From contig OZ242296.1 in the NCBI GenBank assembly GCA_965207735.1, positions 2,496,001-2,560,000 on the forward strand: a stretch of DNA of 64,000 nucleotides, given 5' to 3'. The notes under the pieces are model-generated. The model made no database searches, was not told where the DNA came from, and saw nothing but the letters and a program-made list of their open reading frames with translations. The position numbers and the translations under genes are program-made. This DNA is from Candidatus Versatilivorator sp. GTDB taxonomy: Bacteria; Acidobacteriota; Terriglobia; Versatilivoradales; Versatilivoraceae. Each line of letters starts with the position of its first letter. Position 1 is the stretch's first letter. Shown here piece after piece: positions 35,652-45,497 of the stretch.

Positions 35652-38210
35652 ATGGTGACCATCCCTCGGTTCATCCTTCCCGGGGTCACCAGCCTGAGCC
35701 TGGCATTGGTCCTGCTTCTCCCGGTTGTTCCCGCACGGGGGCGAACCCCTCGGTCCACCCCTGCCTCCAATGCCAACTCGCTGGTAGCGTTGACCCTGGA
35801 GACCGGTCGGCCCGGTTCTCCCGATCCCGGCGCGGTGGCATGGCTGCGGGGTTCGGAAGCACGACAGCAGCTCCTGGCGACGGGACGCCTGCGCGATGGA
35901 AGCCTGGTGGACTACACTCGCCAGGTCCGCTACGAGTCCCGGCCTCCGGGTATCGTCTCCATCGACACGACCGGCTTCGTGACCCCGTTGGCCAACGGAT
36001 CGGTTCGGGTTACGGCAAGGCTCCCCCAGGGGCTTGCCGCCGGCACTCGCCTTGAGGTCCGAGAGATCGGCCAATCGAGGCGTGTCAACTTTCCCAACGA
36101 GATCGTTCCCATCTTCACCAAATCGGGATGCAACAGCGGCGGTTGCCACGGCAAGGCCTCGGGTCAAAACGGCTTCAGGCTGTCGCTCTTGGGCTTTGAG
36201 CCCCAGGACGATTTCGAGTATCTGGTCATCGAAGGACGAGGGCGCCGCCTGTTTCCGGCCGCGCCCGACCGGAGCCTGCTCCTGCTCAAGGCCACGGCGG
36301 CCGTCCCTCACGGCGGCGGCCTTCGGGTCGAACGGAACTCGCCGGCCTTCGACCTGCTCTCTCGCTGGATCAGGCAAGGCATGCCCTACGGAGGACCCAA
36401 TGACGCCAGCGTGGTGGGAATCCAGGTCCTTCCGGACCATCGGCTGATGTCTCGCCACCAGGAGCAGCAACTCCTGGTGACCGCAATCTATTCCGACGGT
36501 TCCAGCAAGGACGTGACCCGCCTCTGCCAGTACGAGTCCAACCAGAAAGAGCTGGCCGAGGCTAGCCCTTCGGGACTGGTGCGGGTCGGGGAACAGGCCG
36601 GTCAATCGGCGGTCATGGTCCGATTCCAGGACCGGGTGGCGGTCTTTCGAGTGACGGTCCCTTACGGCGGTCGGGTGCAGGAGGGACTACCGGCGGAAGG
36701 CTTCATCGACCGGTGGGTGCTCAGCAAGCTCCAGACGCTGGAACTGCCGCCGTCACAACCCTGCGACGACGCCACCTTTCTGCGCCGTACCTCCATCGAC
36801 ATCACCGGCCGCCTGCCCACCCCCGGCGAGGCCAAAGAGTTCATGGCGGACCCCGATCCCGACAAGCGCCGGAAGTGGGTCGATCAACTGCTGGCGAGTC
36901 CGGAATACGCCGACTATTTCGCCAACAAGTGGAACGCCATCCTGCGCAACAAACGGCGGGACCAGCGGTCGACTCGGGGCAATTTTCTGTTCCATGCCTG
37001 GATTCGCCGAAATCTCCTGGAAAACAAGCCCTACGACCAGTGGATGCAGGAGATCGTGACGGCTTCCGGGGAAATAGGCCGCAATCCGGCCGTGACCTGG
37101 TTCCGGGAGGTCAAGAGCGTCGAAGACCAGGTTCAGGACGCGGCCCAGATTTTCCTGGGCGTTCGGCTGCAGTGCGCCCGTTGTCATCACCATCCCTACG
37201 AACGATGGAGCCAGCAGGACTACTACGGGTTTGCCGCCTTCTTTTCCCGCCTGGCGCGCAAGCCGGGGACTCAAGCCGGGGAGGAGGTTATTTTCCATGA
37301 CCGCGGAACGGCAGCCGCCATCAATCCCAAGACCAAGCTGCCGGTGATGCCCACGGGGCTGGGCACGGATACCTTCGCCATCTCCCCCGACCAGGACCCG
37401 CGGCAAGTCCTGGCGGATTGGATGGCCGACAAGGACAACCCCTTCTTCGCTCGCATGCTGGTGAACCGCTACTGGAAGCATTTCATGGGACGCGGCCTGG
37501 TGGAACCGGAAGACGACATGAGAGGCACCAACCCCGCCACCAATCCGGACTTGCTGGATGCTCTCGCCAGCCATTTCATCCAAAGCGGATTCGACCTGAA
37601 GGAGCTGATCCGGACCATCTGTCAATCCAGGACCTATCAACTCAGTTCCCATCCCAATGACGAGAACGCGGATGACACTCAGAATTTTTCCAGGTACTAC
37701 CCCAAGCGGTTGACAGCCGAGGTCCTGCTGGACGCCATCGACCAGGTGACCGATGTCCAAACCGAATTCCCCGGGCAGCCCAGTGGAACGCGGGCCTTGC
37801 AGCTACCCGACGACAGCTTCAACGCCGACTCCTACTTCCTCACGTTGTTTGGCCGACCCAACAACGCCAGCGCCTCCGAGTCCGAGCGAACCCATGACGC
37901 CAACCTGGCCCAGAGCCTCCACCTGTTGAATTCTCGCAAGATCCATGAAAAGGTGAGCGATCCGCATGGGCGAGCCGCCCGTCTGGCCAACGATCCCAGT
38001 CTGACCGACGAAGAGAAGGTCCGGGAACTCTACCTGTGGACGTTGTCGCGGCTGCCCGAAGCGGAGGAAACGGAGATGGCATTGAGCTACATAAGAAAAA
38101 GGGCTCAAGCTTCGGAAGCCGCCGCGGCCTCGCACAACCGGTTGGAAGAGGCCTATCAGGATACCCTCTGGGCGCTGCTGAACACCAAAGAGTTCCTTTT
38201 CAACCATTGA
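35652..38210 (+). CDS. DUF1549/DUF1553 (PSD1) protein with Ig-like domains
   Basis: CNSGGCHG, GFRLSLLGFEP, FLRRTSIDITGRLPT, CARCHHHP, NRYWKHFMGRGLVEP and ALLNTKEFLFNH motifs. Confidence 0.92.
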   Translation: MVTIPRFILPGVTSLSLALVLLLPVVPARGRTPRSTPASNANSLVALTLETGRPGSPDPGAVAWLRGSEARQQLLATGRLRDGSLVDYTRQVRYESRPPGIVSIDTTGFVTPLANGSVRVTARLPQGLAAGTRLEVREIGQSRRVNFPNEIVPIFTKSGCNSGGCHGKASGQNGFRLSLLGFEPQDDFEYLVIEGRGRRLFPAAPDRSLLLLKATAAVPHGGGLRVERNSPAFDLLSRWIRQGMPYGGPNDASVVGIQVLPDHRLMSRHQEQQLLVTAIYSDGSSKDVTRLCQYESNQKELAEASPSGLVRVGEQAGQSAVMVRFQDRVAVFRVTVPYGGRVQEGLPAEGFIDRWVLSKLQTLELPPSQPCDDATFLRRTSIDITGRLPTPGEAKEFMADPDPDKRRKWVDQLLASPEYADYFANKWNAILRNKRRDQRSTRGNFLFHAWIRRNLLENKPYDQWMQEIVTASGEIGRNPAVTWFREVKSVEDQVQDAAQIFLGVRLQCARCHHHPYERWSQQDYYGFAAFFSRLARKPGTQAGEEVIFHDRGTAAAINPKTKLPVMPTGLGTDTFAISPDQDPRQVLADWMADKDNPFFARMLVNRYWKHFMGRGLVEPEDDMRGTNPATNPDLLDALASHFIQSGFDLKELIRTICQSRTYQLSSHPNDENADDTQNFSRYYPKRLTAEVLLDAIDQVTDVQTEFPGQPSGTRALQLPDDSFNADSYFLTLFGRPNNASASESERTHDANLAQSLHLLNSRKIHEKVSDPHGRAARLANDPSLTDEEKVRELYLWTLSRLPEAEETEMALSYIRKRAQASEAAAASHNRLEEAYQDTLWALLNTKEFLFNH

Positions 38211-38344
38211 ACCTCTTGCCGGGTTCGGCCCCTGCGCCAAACCGGTTGACGTCGGGCTGGGACGCCCATTCGCCGGCTGTTTTCCGGAATGGCCGGATCC
38301 GGTAGAGAGATGATCGACCCGCATCCGGAGGGGGAAAGTTCTCC

Positions 38345-41143
38345 ATGAAACCCGAGAATTCAAATTCGATGGCGCGGCTGCGATCGATGGCGCTGCTGTT
38401 GTTGGGAGCCGCCGGTCTCTGGCAGACGGCGGGAATGCCCGCTTGGGGCCAACTGCCTTTTCTGCGGCTGATGACGGCCTTCCCTTCCGGAGGAAAGCAG
38501 GCCTCGGCCGTTGAGGTCACCGTCACCGGCAACAACATGGACGGCGTCGACCGCCTCCTGTTTTCCCACTCGGGCATCACCGCCTCCCCTCTGATGAGCG
38601 AGAGCACCTTGCTTCAGCCGAATCCACGCCCGGTTCCCGGCAAGTTCACGGTCACCATCGCCCCCGACGTGCCCCCGGGAATCTACGAGTTGCGCATGGC
38701 GGGGCACTTCGGAGTGTCCAACGCTCGAGCCTTTATGGTCGGAGACCAGGAAGAATCGCTCTCGGAGGAAGACAATCACTCGCTGCCGAAGGCCATGAAG
38801 ATTCCTCTGGGAGTGACCGTCAACGGCCACAGCGATGAAGGCGCCGCCGATTTCTTCACCTTCGAAGCCGAGCAGGGACAGCGTATTGTTCTGAATGTGC
38901 TGGCCCAACGATTAGACTCCAAGCTGGATGCGACCCTGGCCATCTGCGACGCCTCGGGGCGAGAGATCTTGAGCGATCGGGATACCTACCGCCTCGACCC
39001 GTTCCTGGACTTCACTGCGCCGGCTGCCGGCCGGTACGTCGTCAAGATATTCGACTACCTCTATCGAGGCGGGCCCGAGTATGCCTACCGCCTGTCGGTG
39101 GGAACCCAACCGCATATCGCATACATCTTTCCGCCGGCGGGACCGCCCGGAAGTCGTCAACCTTACGTGCTTTACGGGCAAAATCTCCCCGGCGGCAAAC
39201 CCTCCTCCGTGCTCAACGCCCAAGGAATTCCCCTGGAGGAGAAAACCCTCGATATCACCCTCCCGCGGGACGCTCATCTGCTGCCTGCCAACTCCTTCCT
39301 GGAACCGAGACAGATTGTGGCGGGAGGAATCGACTATCGATTGAGTTCTTCCGAAGGTGTCTCGAACGCCGCCAACCTCGGTTTTGCCACGGCTCCCGTG
39401 GTCCGGGAAGTGGAACCCAACAACCATCCCGAGTCGGCCCAGAGGGTTGCCCTTCCCTGCGAGATCCAGGGGCAGTTTTTCCCCGCGGCCGACCAGGATT
39501 GGATCGTCTTCGAAGCCCAAAAGGGCGCCGGCTACTGGATTGAAGTCTTCTCGCATCGTCTGGGTCTGCCCACGGACCCCGTGGTGGTGCTGCAAAGATT
39601 GTCCATCGATGCGGAGGGCCGGGAGCAGCCGGAGTTGGTGACGAGAGCGGACGATGACAACTCCTTTCTGGGCGACGAGCGCTATAACACCGGAAGCCGC
39701 GACCCGATCTTCCACTTCAAGGCCGAGCATGACGGCCGCTACCGGCTCAAGATTCACGATCTGGCGGCCGCCCGGGAAAGCCGCCCCTCCCATCTCTACC
39801 GGCTGTCGATTCGGCAATCCGATCCCGACTTCCACCTGTTGGTGGCTACCGACGATCCCGGAGGCTCCAACGACGACGGCATCATCTGGGAACCCCTGCT
39901 GCGGTTGGGAGGAAAGACCCGCATGAACGTCATGGCCATCCGGCGCGACGGATTCGAGGGCGAGATCGATCTTGCGGTCAAGGGATTGCCCCCCGGGATC
40001 AGCTTCCCCGGCGCCACCATCCCGGAAACGAGCAACGGGACCTATCTCTACTTTGAGGCCTCTCCGGAGGCAGCCGGCTGGACCGGGACCGTGCAGGTGA
40101 TCGGCAGGTCAAGGATCGATGGCAGGGCGGTTGAGCGGCAGGCGCGCCACGTCACTCTGGTCTGGAACTCCGGCTCGCTGAGACAGGCGGGCGCCCAATC
40201 CCGGGTCGTTCGGAATCGAACCCTGGCGGTCAGCCGAAGCGAGTTGGCGCCCCAGCTTCCTGAGTTCCGGATCGAGAAACAGGCGTGGGATGTCCCTTTG
40301 GAAGGCAATTTGGAAATCCCCTTTCAACTCGCTCGTCGTTCCCTTCTGCCGGGCGAATTGAGGCTGCGCCTGGGAACGCTCGACGGGCTGAGGGAAGGCA
40401 CCACCAAGCTGGTGGTGGACGACAAGAGCAGCGAGGGAACGCTGGTCTACAAGGTCACCAAGCGCGGAAACGAGTTCAAACCCGGGAAATACACCTTTTC
40501 CGCGGTGGCGATGAGCCAAATGACCTATCGCAACCAACCCGAAGCGGTGGTGCAAGCACTTCAGGACACGGTGCGGCTGCAGAAACTGTCGGAACAGAAA
40601 TCGGCGATGGCCGGGCGAGCCACCGGGAAGGCATCTCCCCAATTCAGGGCGGAACTGGCCGCTCAAGCCAAGGAGGCCGAGAGGGCGCGCAGGGCAGCCG
40701 AGAAGCGCTTGCGGGAGGCGATTGCCAAGGCATCCCCTCGAAAAGTCAGGATGGCGGCCCATTCCAGAGCCCTGGATCTGACCATCCATCCCTCGCCCAT
40801 TCTCCTGACCACACGGGAGAGGGTGTGGCACACCCGGGCCGGGGCCAACCTGGAACTGCCCCTATCGATCGAGCGCCTGTTCAACTACACCGACCCGGTT
40901 GAGATCGGTCTTGAGGTTCCCATCCACATCGTCGGGATCGAGGCCGAGTCGGTGACGATTCCAAAGGGCGAGACGACCTCTTCCCTGTTTGTCCGGCTGG
41001 CTGCCGATCTGGACCCCGGCGACTATCCACTGAAGCTCGAGGCAACGCTTCAATTGAACGAGCAGGAGATTCAAGTGGAAGAACCGCTGACGATCCGCGT
41101 GCGCCCGGTTCGCAATCAGACCTCGCTCGGACACCGTCCATGA
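38345..41143 (+). CDS. PPC (pre-peptidase C-terminal) domain-containing secreted protein
   Basis: FPSGGKQAS.VEVTVTG, GVSNARAF, DFFTFEAEQGQ, EVEPNN..ESAQ, YRGGPEYAYRL. Typical partner of DUF1549/DUF1501. Confidence 0.85.
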   Translation: MKPENSNSMARLRSMALLLLGAAGLWQTAGMPAWGQLPFLRLMTAFPSGGKQASAVEVTVTGNNMDGVDRLLFSHSGITASPLMSESTLLQPNPRPVPGKFTVTIAPDVPPGIYELRMAGHFGVSNARAFMVGDQEESLSEEDNHSLPKAMKIPLGVTVNGHSDEGAADFFTFEAEQGQRIVLNVLAQRLDSKLDATLAICDASGREILSDRDTYRLDPFLDFTAPAAGRYVVKIFDYLYRGGPEYAYRLSVGTQPHIAYIFPPAGPPGSRQPYVLYGQNLPGGKPSSVLNAQGIPLEEKTLDITLPRDAHLLPANSFLEPRQIVAGGIDYRLSSSEGVSNAANLGFATAPVVREVEPNNHPESAQRVALPCEIQGQFFPAADQDWIVFEAQKGAGYWIEVFSHRLGLPTDPVVVLQRLSIDAEGREQPELVTRADDDNSFLGDERYNTGSRDPIFHFKAEHDGRYRLKIHDLAAARESRPSHLYRLSIRQSDPDFHLLVATDDPGGSNDDGIIWEPLLRLGGKTRMNVMAIRRDGFEGEIDLAVKGLPPGISFPGATIPETSNGTYLYFEASPEAAGWTGTVQVIGRSRIDGRAVERQARHVTLVWNSGSLRQAGAQSRVVRNRTLAVSRSELAPQLPEFRIEKQAWDVPLEGNLEIPFQLARRSLLPGELRLRLGTLDGLREGTTKLVVDDKSSEGTLVYKVTKRGNEFKPGKYTFSAVAMSQMTYRNQPEAVVQALQDTVRLQKLSEQKSAMAGRATGKASPQFRAELAAQAKEAERARRAAEKRLREAIAKASPRKVRMAAHSRALDLTIHPSPILLTTRERVWHTRAGANLELPLSIERLFNYTDPVEIGLEVPIHIVGIEAESVTIPKGETTSSLFVRLAADLDPGDYPLKLEATLQLNEQEIQVEEPLTIRVRPVRNQTSLGHRP

Positions 41144-42711
41144 CGCGGTTCCTCCAGTCCCCCCATTCCGCCCCCCGGCGCAGACGCCCGTCCAACCTGT
41201 CCGTACCGGGGCGTCCGGCGATTCTTTGGCTGGCCCTGCTCTGGATCGTTGCGGCCGCTCCCATCCGGGCTCAGCTCGAGGAGGACAAGGATGCGGACCC
41301 GGACGGAGCCATTCCCATCGCGGTTCCGGAACGGCAGGAGCCAGTCAGCTTCAACCGGGAACTCCTTCCAATCTTTCAGGCTAAATGCCTGGCCTGCCAC
41401 AGCAAGAGCCTGGCTCTTGGAAACGTGGTCCTGGAAGACAGGCAACTGATTCTCTCCGGCGATCGAGCAGAACCGCTGGTCGTTCCAGGCAACGGCGCCG
41501 ACAGCCTGTTGCTCCAGGTGGCCGCCCATCTCCGCCAACCCTTCATGCCGCCCGAAGGGAATGCCGCCGAGGCAGCGCCCCTGACCCCTGAAGAGCTCGG
41601 TCTCCTCAAACTGTGGATCGACCAGGGCGCCCGACAGAGCAGCACCACCAGTCTCTTACCCAGGCTGAAGTGGAAGGCCATTCCGGGAGCCTTGAACCCT
41701 GTCTACAGCGCCGCCATCAGTCCCGACGGCAACTACGCCGCCTGCGGACGCTCCAACCGGATTCTCGTTTACGACCTGGCCTCGGGCCAACTGGCGGCGC
41801 GGCTCATCGACCCCTCATTGAACCAGGGCGACCTCTATGGGGAACCGGGGGTCAGCCACCGGGATATGGTTCACTCGCTGGCCTTTAGCCCCAAAGGCGC
41901 CCTGCTGGTTTCGGGAGGCTACAGGACCCTGAAATTCTGGCGGCTGCAGACGTCGGGCCAGACGCCAAACCCGACTGAACCGCTTCAAGGCGAGCAGGAA
42001 GTATCCTGGGTGCTGGAGCGGGAGGTCGGATCGGCGGAAGATCCAGGGGAGCTGCTGGGCAGGGTAACGGCATTGGCCTTCAGTCCCGATGGCCAACTGC
42101 TGGCCACCGGAAGTGGAGACCCTTCCAGAAGCGGGGAACTCAAGATCTGGCATGCGCAGAATGGAACACTCGTGGGAGCCGCTAGCGATGCCCACAGCGA
42201 CACCATCCTCGGCCTCGAATTCTCGCCGGACGGCCGCTATCTGGCGACTGCCTCCACCGACCGATTTGCCAAAGTCTTCGAGGTCGAGAGCCGCCAATTG
42301 GCCAAGACCTTCGAGGGACACACCCACCACGTGCTGGACGTGGCCTGGAAAGCAGACGGCAAGATCCTGGCCACTTGCGGCGCCGACGGCGACATCAAGC
42401 TTTGGGATTTCGAAACGGGGGAACAGAAACAGACCATCAGCGGCTACGAGAAAGAGATTACTTCCCTGAGCTTTATCGCCGATAGCGACCGATTGTTGAT
42501 CAGTTCCGGGGATCCGGTCGTACGCCTGGGGGAACGACGGCTGGGCGGCGTGTCCTCCTTCGTCCACGTTTCGGCGGTGAGCAGGGATGGCCGGACGGTG
42601 GTGGCCGGAGATCAGGCCGGCCGCCTGCTGGTGTGGCGTTCCCCCGAGGTTCAGCCGCGCTTCGTGCTTGAGCCGGAGGCGGAACCAACTGCCGGCCCTT
42701 CCGGAAAGTAG
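41140..42711 (+). CDS. Planctomycete cytochrome c domain + WD40 repeat protein
   Basis: VSFNRELLPIFQAKCLACH, MPP..LLKLWIDQGA, several WD40 repeats (ALAFSPDG, GHTHHVLDVAW, IKLWD). Confidence 0.9.
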   Translation: MTRFLQSPHSAPRRRRPSNLSVPGRPAILWLALLWIVAAAPIRAQLEEDKDADPDGAIPIAVPERQEPVSFNRELLPIFQAKCLACHSKSLALGNVVLEDRQLILSGDRAEPLVVPGNGADSLLLQVAAHLRQPFMPPEGNAAEAAPLTPEELGLLKLWIDQGARQSSTTSLLPRLKWKAIPGALNPVYSAAISPDGNYAACGRSNRILVYDLASGQLAARLIDPSLNQGDLYGEPGVSHRDMVHSLAFSPKGALLVSGGYRTLKFWRLQTSGQTPNPTEPLQGEQEVSWVLEREVGSAEDPGELLGRVTALAFSPDGQLLATGSGDPSRSGELKIWHAQNGTLVGAASDAHSDTILGLEFSPDGRYLATASTDRFAKVFEVESRQLAKTFEGHTHHVLDVAWKADGKILATCGADGDIKLWDFETGEQKQTISGYEKEITSLSFIADSDRLLISSGDPVVRLGERRLGGVSSFVHVSAVSRDGRTVVAGDQAGRLLVWRSPEVQPRFVLEPEAEPTAGPSGK

Positions 42712-42750
42712 TCTGCCGGCTACCATCCCGTTCCATCCCGCGCCGACTCC

Positions 42751-43677
42751 ATGATCACCTCGTTTCTGCTTGCAGTGGGCCGCACCTTCGCGGATGCGCT
42801 GCTACCCCCCATTTTCTTTGCCGGACTGGGAGTACTCACCGACCGGCTGTTGCACTTCGAGCTCCGTAGCCTGAGCCGTTTGTGTCTCTACATCCTGTCG
42901 CCTGCACTCCTCTTCTCTTCCCTCATGAAGGTGGAGGTCACCCTCGTGCAGGCGGGGCAAGTGGTTGCCTTCGTTTTTCTGGTCCTGACGGGCATGGCGT
43001 TGCTGGGTTGGATCTATGCCAGGCTCCGCCGCATGGATGGACCCACCACCGGCGCTGCCGTCATGGCGGCATCCTTCTTCAACGCCGTCACCCTGGGATT
43101 CCCCTTCGTGCTGTTCGCCTTCGGCGAGGAGGGGCTGCGCCTGGCCGCTGTCCTGGTGGCAACCAACTCTCTGCCGCACAACACCTGCGGCCTGTTCCTG
43201 GCTGCAAGGGGCATGCACGGAACCAGGCAGTCTCTTTGGAAGCTGGCTCGGATGCCGGTTCCCTACGCCATTCTGGCCGCCCTGCTTTTGCGCGCCTTCG
43301 AAATCCCATTGCCGGCCTCCGTCTTCGACCCCATCGATATCCTTGGCAGGGCGGGGATACCGGTATTGTTGATCACCATCGGAATGGAAGTGGGCCGCAT
43401 CCCGCTCCGGATGAACCACTCCGATGTCTGGGGAGTGGTTGTGCTCAGGCTCCTGGTCGGTCCCTTGTGGGCCTGGTGGGTCGCCTCGCTTGTCGGCCTG
43501 GGGGGCTTGTTGGGTCAGGTAGTGGTGCTGCAGGCAAGCATGCCGACCGCGATCATGCCGATCGTTTTCGCCCGAGAACTTGGAAGCAACGTTTCCTTCG
43601 TCTCCCGGGCGGTACTCTTCTCCACCCTGTCCAGCATCCTGACCCTTTCTCTGGTGCTGGCGATGGTCCGCCTCTAG
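42751..43677 (+). CDS. AEC (auxin efflux carrier) family transporter
   Basis: Multiple TM segments, LSPALLFSSL, NAVTLGFP, QASMPTA. Confidence 0.88.
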   Translation: MITSFLLAVGRTFADALLPPIFFAGLGVLTDRLLHFELRSLSRLCLYILSPALLFSSLMKVEVTLVQAGQVVAFVFLVLTGMALLGWIYARLRRMDGPTTGAAVMAASFFNAVTLGFPFVLFAFGEEGLRLAAVLVATNSLPHNTCGLFLAARGMHGTRQSLWKLARMPVPYAILAALLLRAFEIPLPASVFDPIDILGRAGIPVLLITIGMEVGRIPLRMNHSDVWGVVVLRLLVGPLWAWWVASLVGLGGLLGQVVVLQASMPTAIMPIVFARELGSNVSFVSRAVLFSTLSSILTLSLVLAMVRL

Positions 43678-43703
43678 CCCGCATTTCTCACCCGGGGTAT
43701 GAT
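43674..43703 (+). repeat. Solo MITE end (same family as 24873), intron-free target site
   Basis: CTAG-CCCGCATTTCTCACCCGGGGTATGAT versus CTAG-CCCGCATTTCTCACCAGGGGGCATGAT. The CTAG contains the AEC stop codon. Confidence 0.7.
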
Positions 43704-43777
43704 AGCGACCATCCCGGGAGCACCAATCAGCGACCCGGTTTCATCGTCACACAATCTCGTCCCTCAGGAGAAATATA

Positions 43778-44554
43778 ATGAATGTTCGCGAGCTGTTCGA
43801 TCTTTCCGGTTGCACGGCCATCGTTACCGGGGGCACCGGACTCTATGGAACTCCCATGTCGGAAGCCCTGGCCGAAGCCGGGGCTCATGTGATCATCGCC
43901 TCCCGCAACAAGTCCCGCTGCCAGGAATGGGCGGCTCGACTGGTGGACCGGGGACTGAAGGCCAGCGGCGAAAGTTACGATCAAGGGAGCGAGGAATCGA
44001 TACTGGCATTTAGCGAGCGAGTGCTGGAGCAACAGGGCTCCGTCGATATTCTGGTCAACAACTCGGTGGGACGTTCCATGCGGAGCTATGCAGCCCCTCT
44101 GGATGACTGGAGGCAGTCCATGGAGGTCAATGGCACGGGACTCTTCGCCATCTCCCGAGCCTTTATGGATCCCATGATGAAGAGAAAAAAGGGGACCATC
44201 ATCAACATCGGCTCTGTTCAGGGTGTGGTTGCCCCGGACTTCAGCAACTATGCCGGCACCAATATGACCACGCCGCCCGACTATCAGTTTCACAAGCACG
44301 GCCTGGTGGGACTTACCAAGTATTTGGCGGCTTGGGCCGGGCCCCATGACGTTCGAGTGAACGCCATTTCACCGGGAGGATACAACCCGGAGGTGGCTAC
44401 CGAACCCTTCCTGTCGCAGTACAACCGTCGCGTCTTTCTGGGGAGAATGGCGGAATACGACGATATCAAAGGCGTGGTGCTCTTCCTGGCTTCCGAGGCT
44501 TCGCGTTACATCACCGGGCAGAACATCGTGCTGGACGGCGGCTATTGCACCTGA
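43778..44554 (+). CDS. Short-chain dehydrogenase/reductase
   Basis: TGGTGLYG, VDILVNN, YQFHK, VRVNAISPGG and YITGQNIVLDGG motifs. Confidence 0.92.
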   Translation: MNVRELFDLSGCTAIVTGGTGLYGTPMSEALAEAGAHVIIASRNKSRCQEWAARLVDRGLKASGESYDQGSEESILAFSERVLEQQGSVDILVNNSVGRSMRSYAAPLDDWRQSMEVNGTGLFAISRAFMDPMMKRKKGTIINIGSVQGVVAPDFSNYAGTNMTTPPDYQFHKHGLVGLTKYLAAWAGPHDVRVNAISPGGYNPEVATEPFLSQYNRRVFLGRMAEYDDIKGVVLFLASEASRYITGQNIVLDGGYCT

Positions 44555-44584
44555 GGGCGCCCGATCGAATCCCGGAAAGTTCAG

Positions 44585-44964
44585 CTTGTCTGAAACAACC
44601 GACAAGAGACAAAAGAAAAAGACTTATCCACGAAGGGGCACGAAGAACGACGAAGGGGCACTAAGGCGTTGAGGTTGACCGCGACGGGGTACCAAGGTCG
44701 CGAAGGGATGATCGATTTCTGATTGTTTCACTCTCGAATGATCCGCACGGCAGGGCGGGGGCCCGGCTTGCCTGAAACAACCGAAAAAAGACAAAAGAAA
44801 AAAGACTTATCCACGAAGGGGCACGAAGAACGACGAAGGGGCACTAAGGCGTTGAGGTTGACCGCGACGGGGTACCAAGGTCGCGAAGGGATGATCGATT
44901 TCTGCTTGTTTCACTCTCGAATGATCCGCACACCAGGGCGGGGGCGGGACTTGCCTGAAACAAC
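44585..44964. repeat. Tandem pair of a ~182 bp dispersed repeat unit bounded by CTTG(C/T)CTGA
   Basis: Boundary motif at 44585, 44767 and 44950. Near-identical units with TGAAACAA...TTGTTTCA and CGCGAC/GTCGCG inverted arms. A third copy lies at 59334-59503. Confidence 0.9.
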
Positions 44965-45024
44965 CCCCTGTGCCGGGTGGCTCGAGATTGGTTCAAAGTC
45001 AGGCACGGGTAGGTTTTTGATTCC

Positions 45025-45168
45025 CATGGATGCACAGGATTTTTTCCGGAGACGGCTGGCTTGTATTCCTGGACATCCGCAAATCCGCACGCGATCATCG
45101 CCGGAGTCAGCGTTTCGTGCGTAGCGTCCCGTCCTGGTTATCCTGTGCATCCTGTGCATCCATGTTCA
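45025..45168 (-). pseudogene. GxxExxY-type remnant between CATGGATGCACAGGAT inverted repeats
   Basis: Inverted repeat at 45025-45040 / 45149-45164. Minus strand reads MDAQDAQDNQDGTL..HETLTPAMIACGF, resembling a GxxExxY N-terminus. Confidence 0.5.
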
Positions 45169-45497
45169 ATTTATAGTCCTTCTCGATTGATCTTCCCCGT
45201 GGCGGGCCTTGGCTGGGCCCAACGCCCCGATTCCCAGTCAGCCTCCCGTGCAGCGGCCTCTGGTCCCATGAATCCTCTCTCTTGGGTTGCCGCTCAGTTT
45301 CCCTGCGATGGCGCACCCGGGTGGGCATTCGCCCCTGACGCCGTGACACCAACGTCACAATATTGCAGAAGCACCCGGGCGCCGCTCGTCATTGAAGGAG
45401 CTCCATCCCTATTCGTGCCTATTCGTGTTCATTCGTGGTTCGTCTTTTTTAACGATTGGGTGTTTTTCCTGGAATGATCCGCCCGGCAGGGCGGGGC

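Noticed and set aside
44585-44964. CRISPR array
   Set aside because: The sequences between the short boundary motifs are near-identical rather than unique spacers, the period is ~182 bp, and there are no cas genes.
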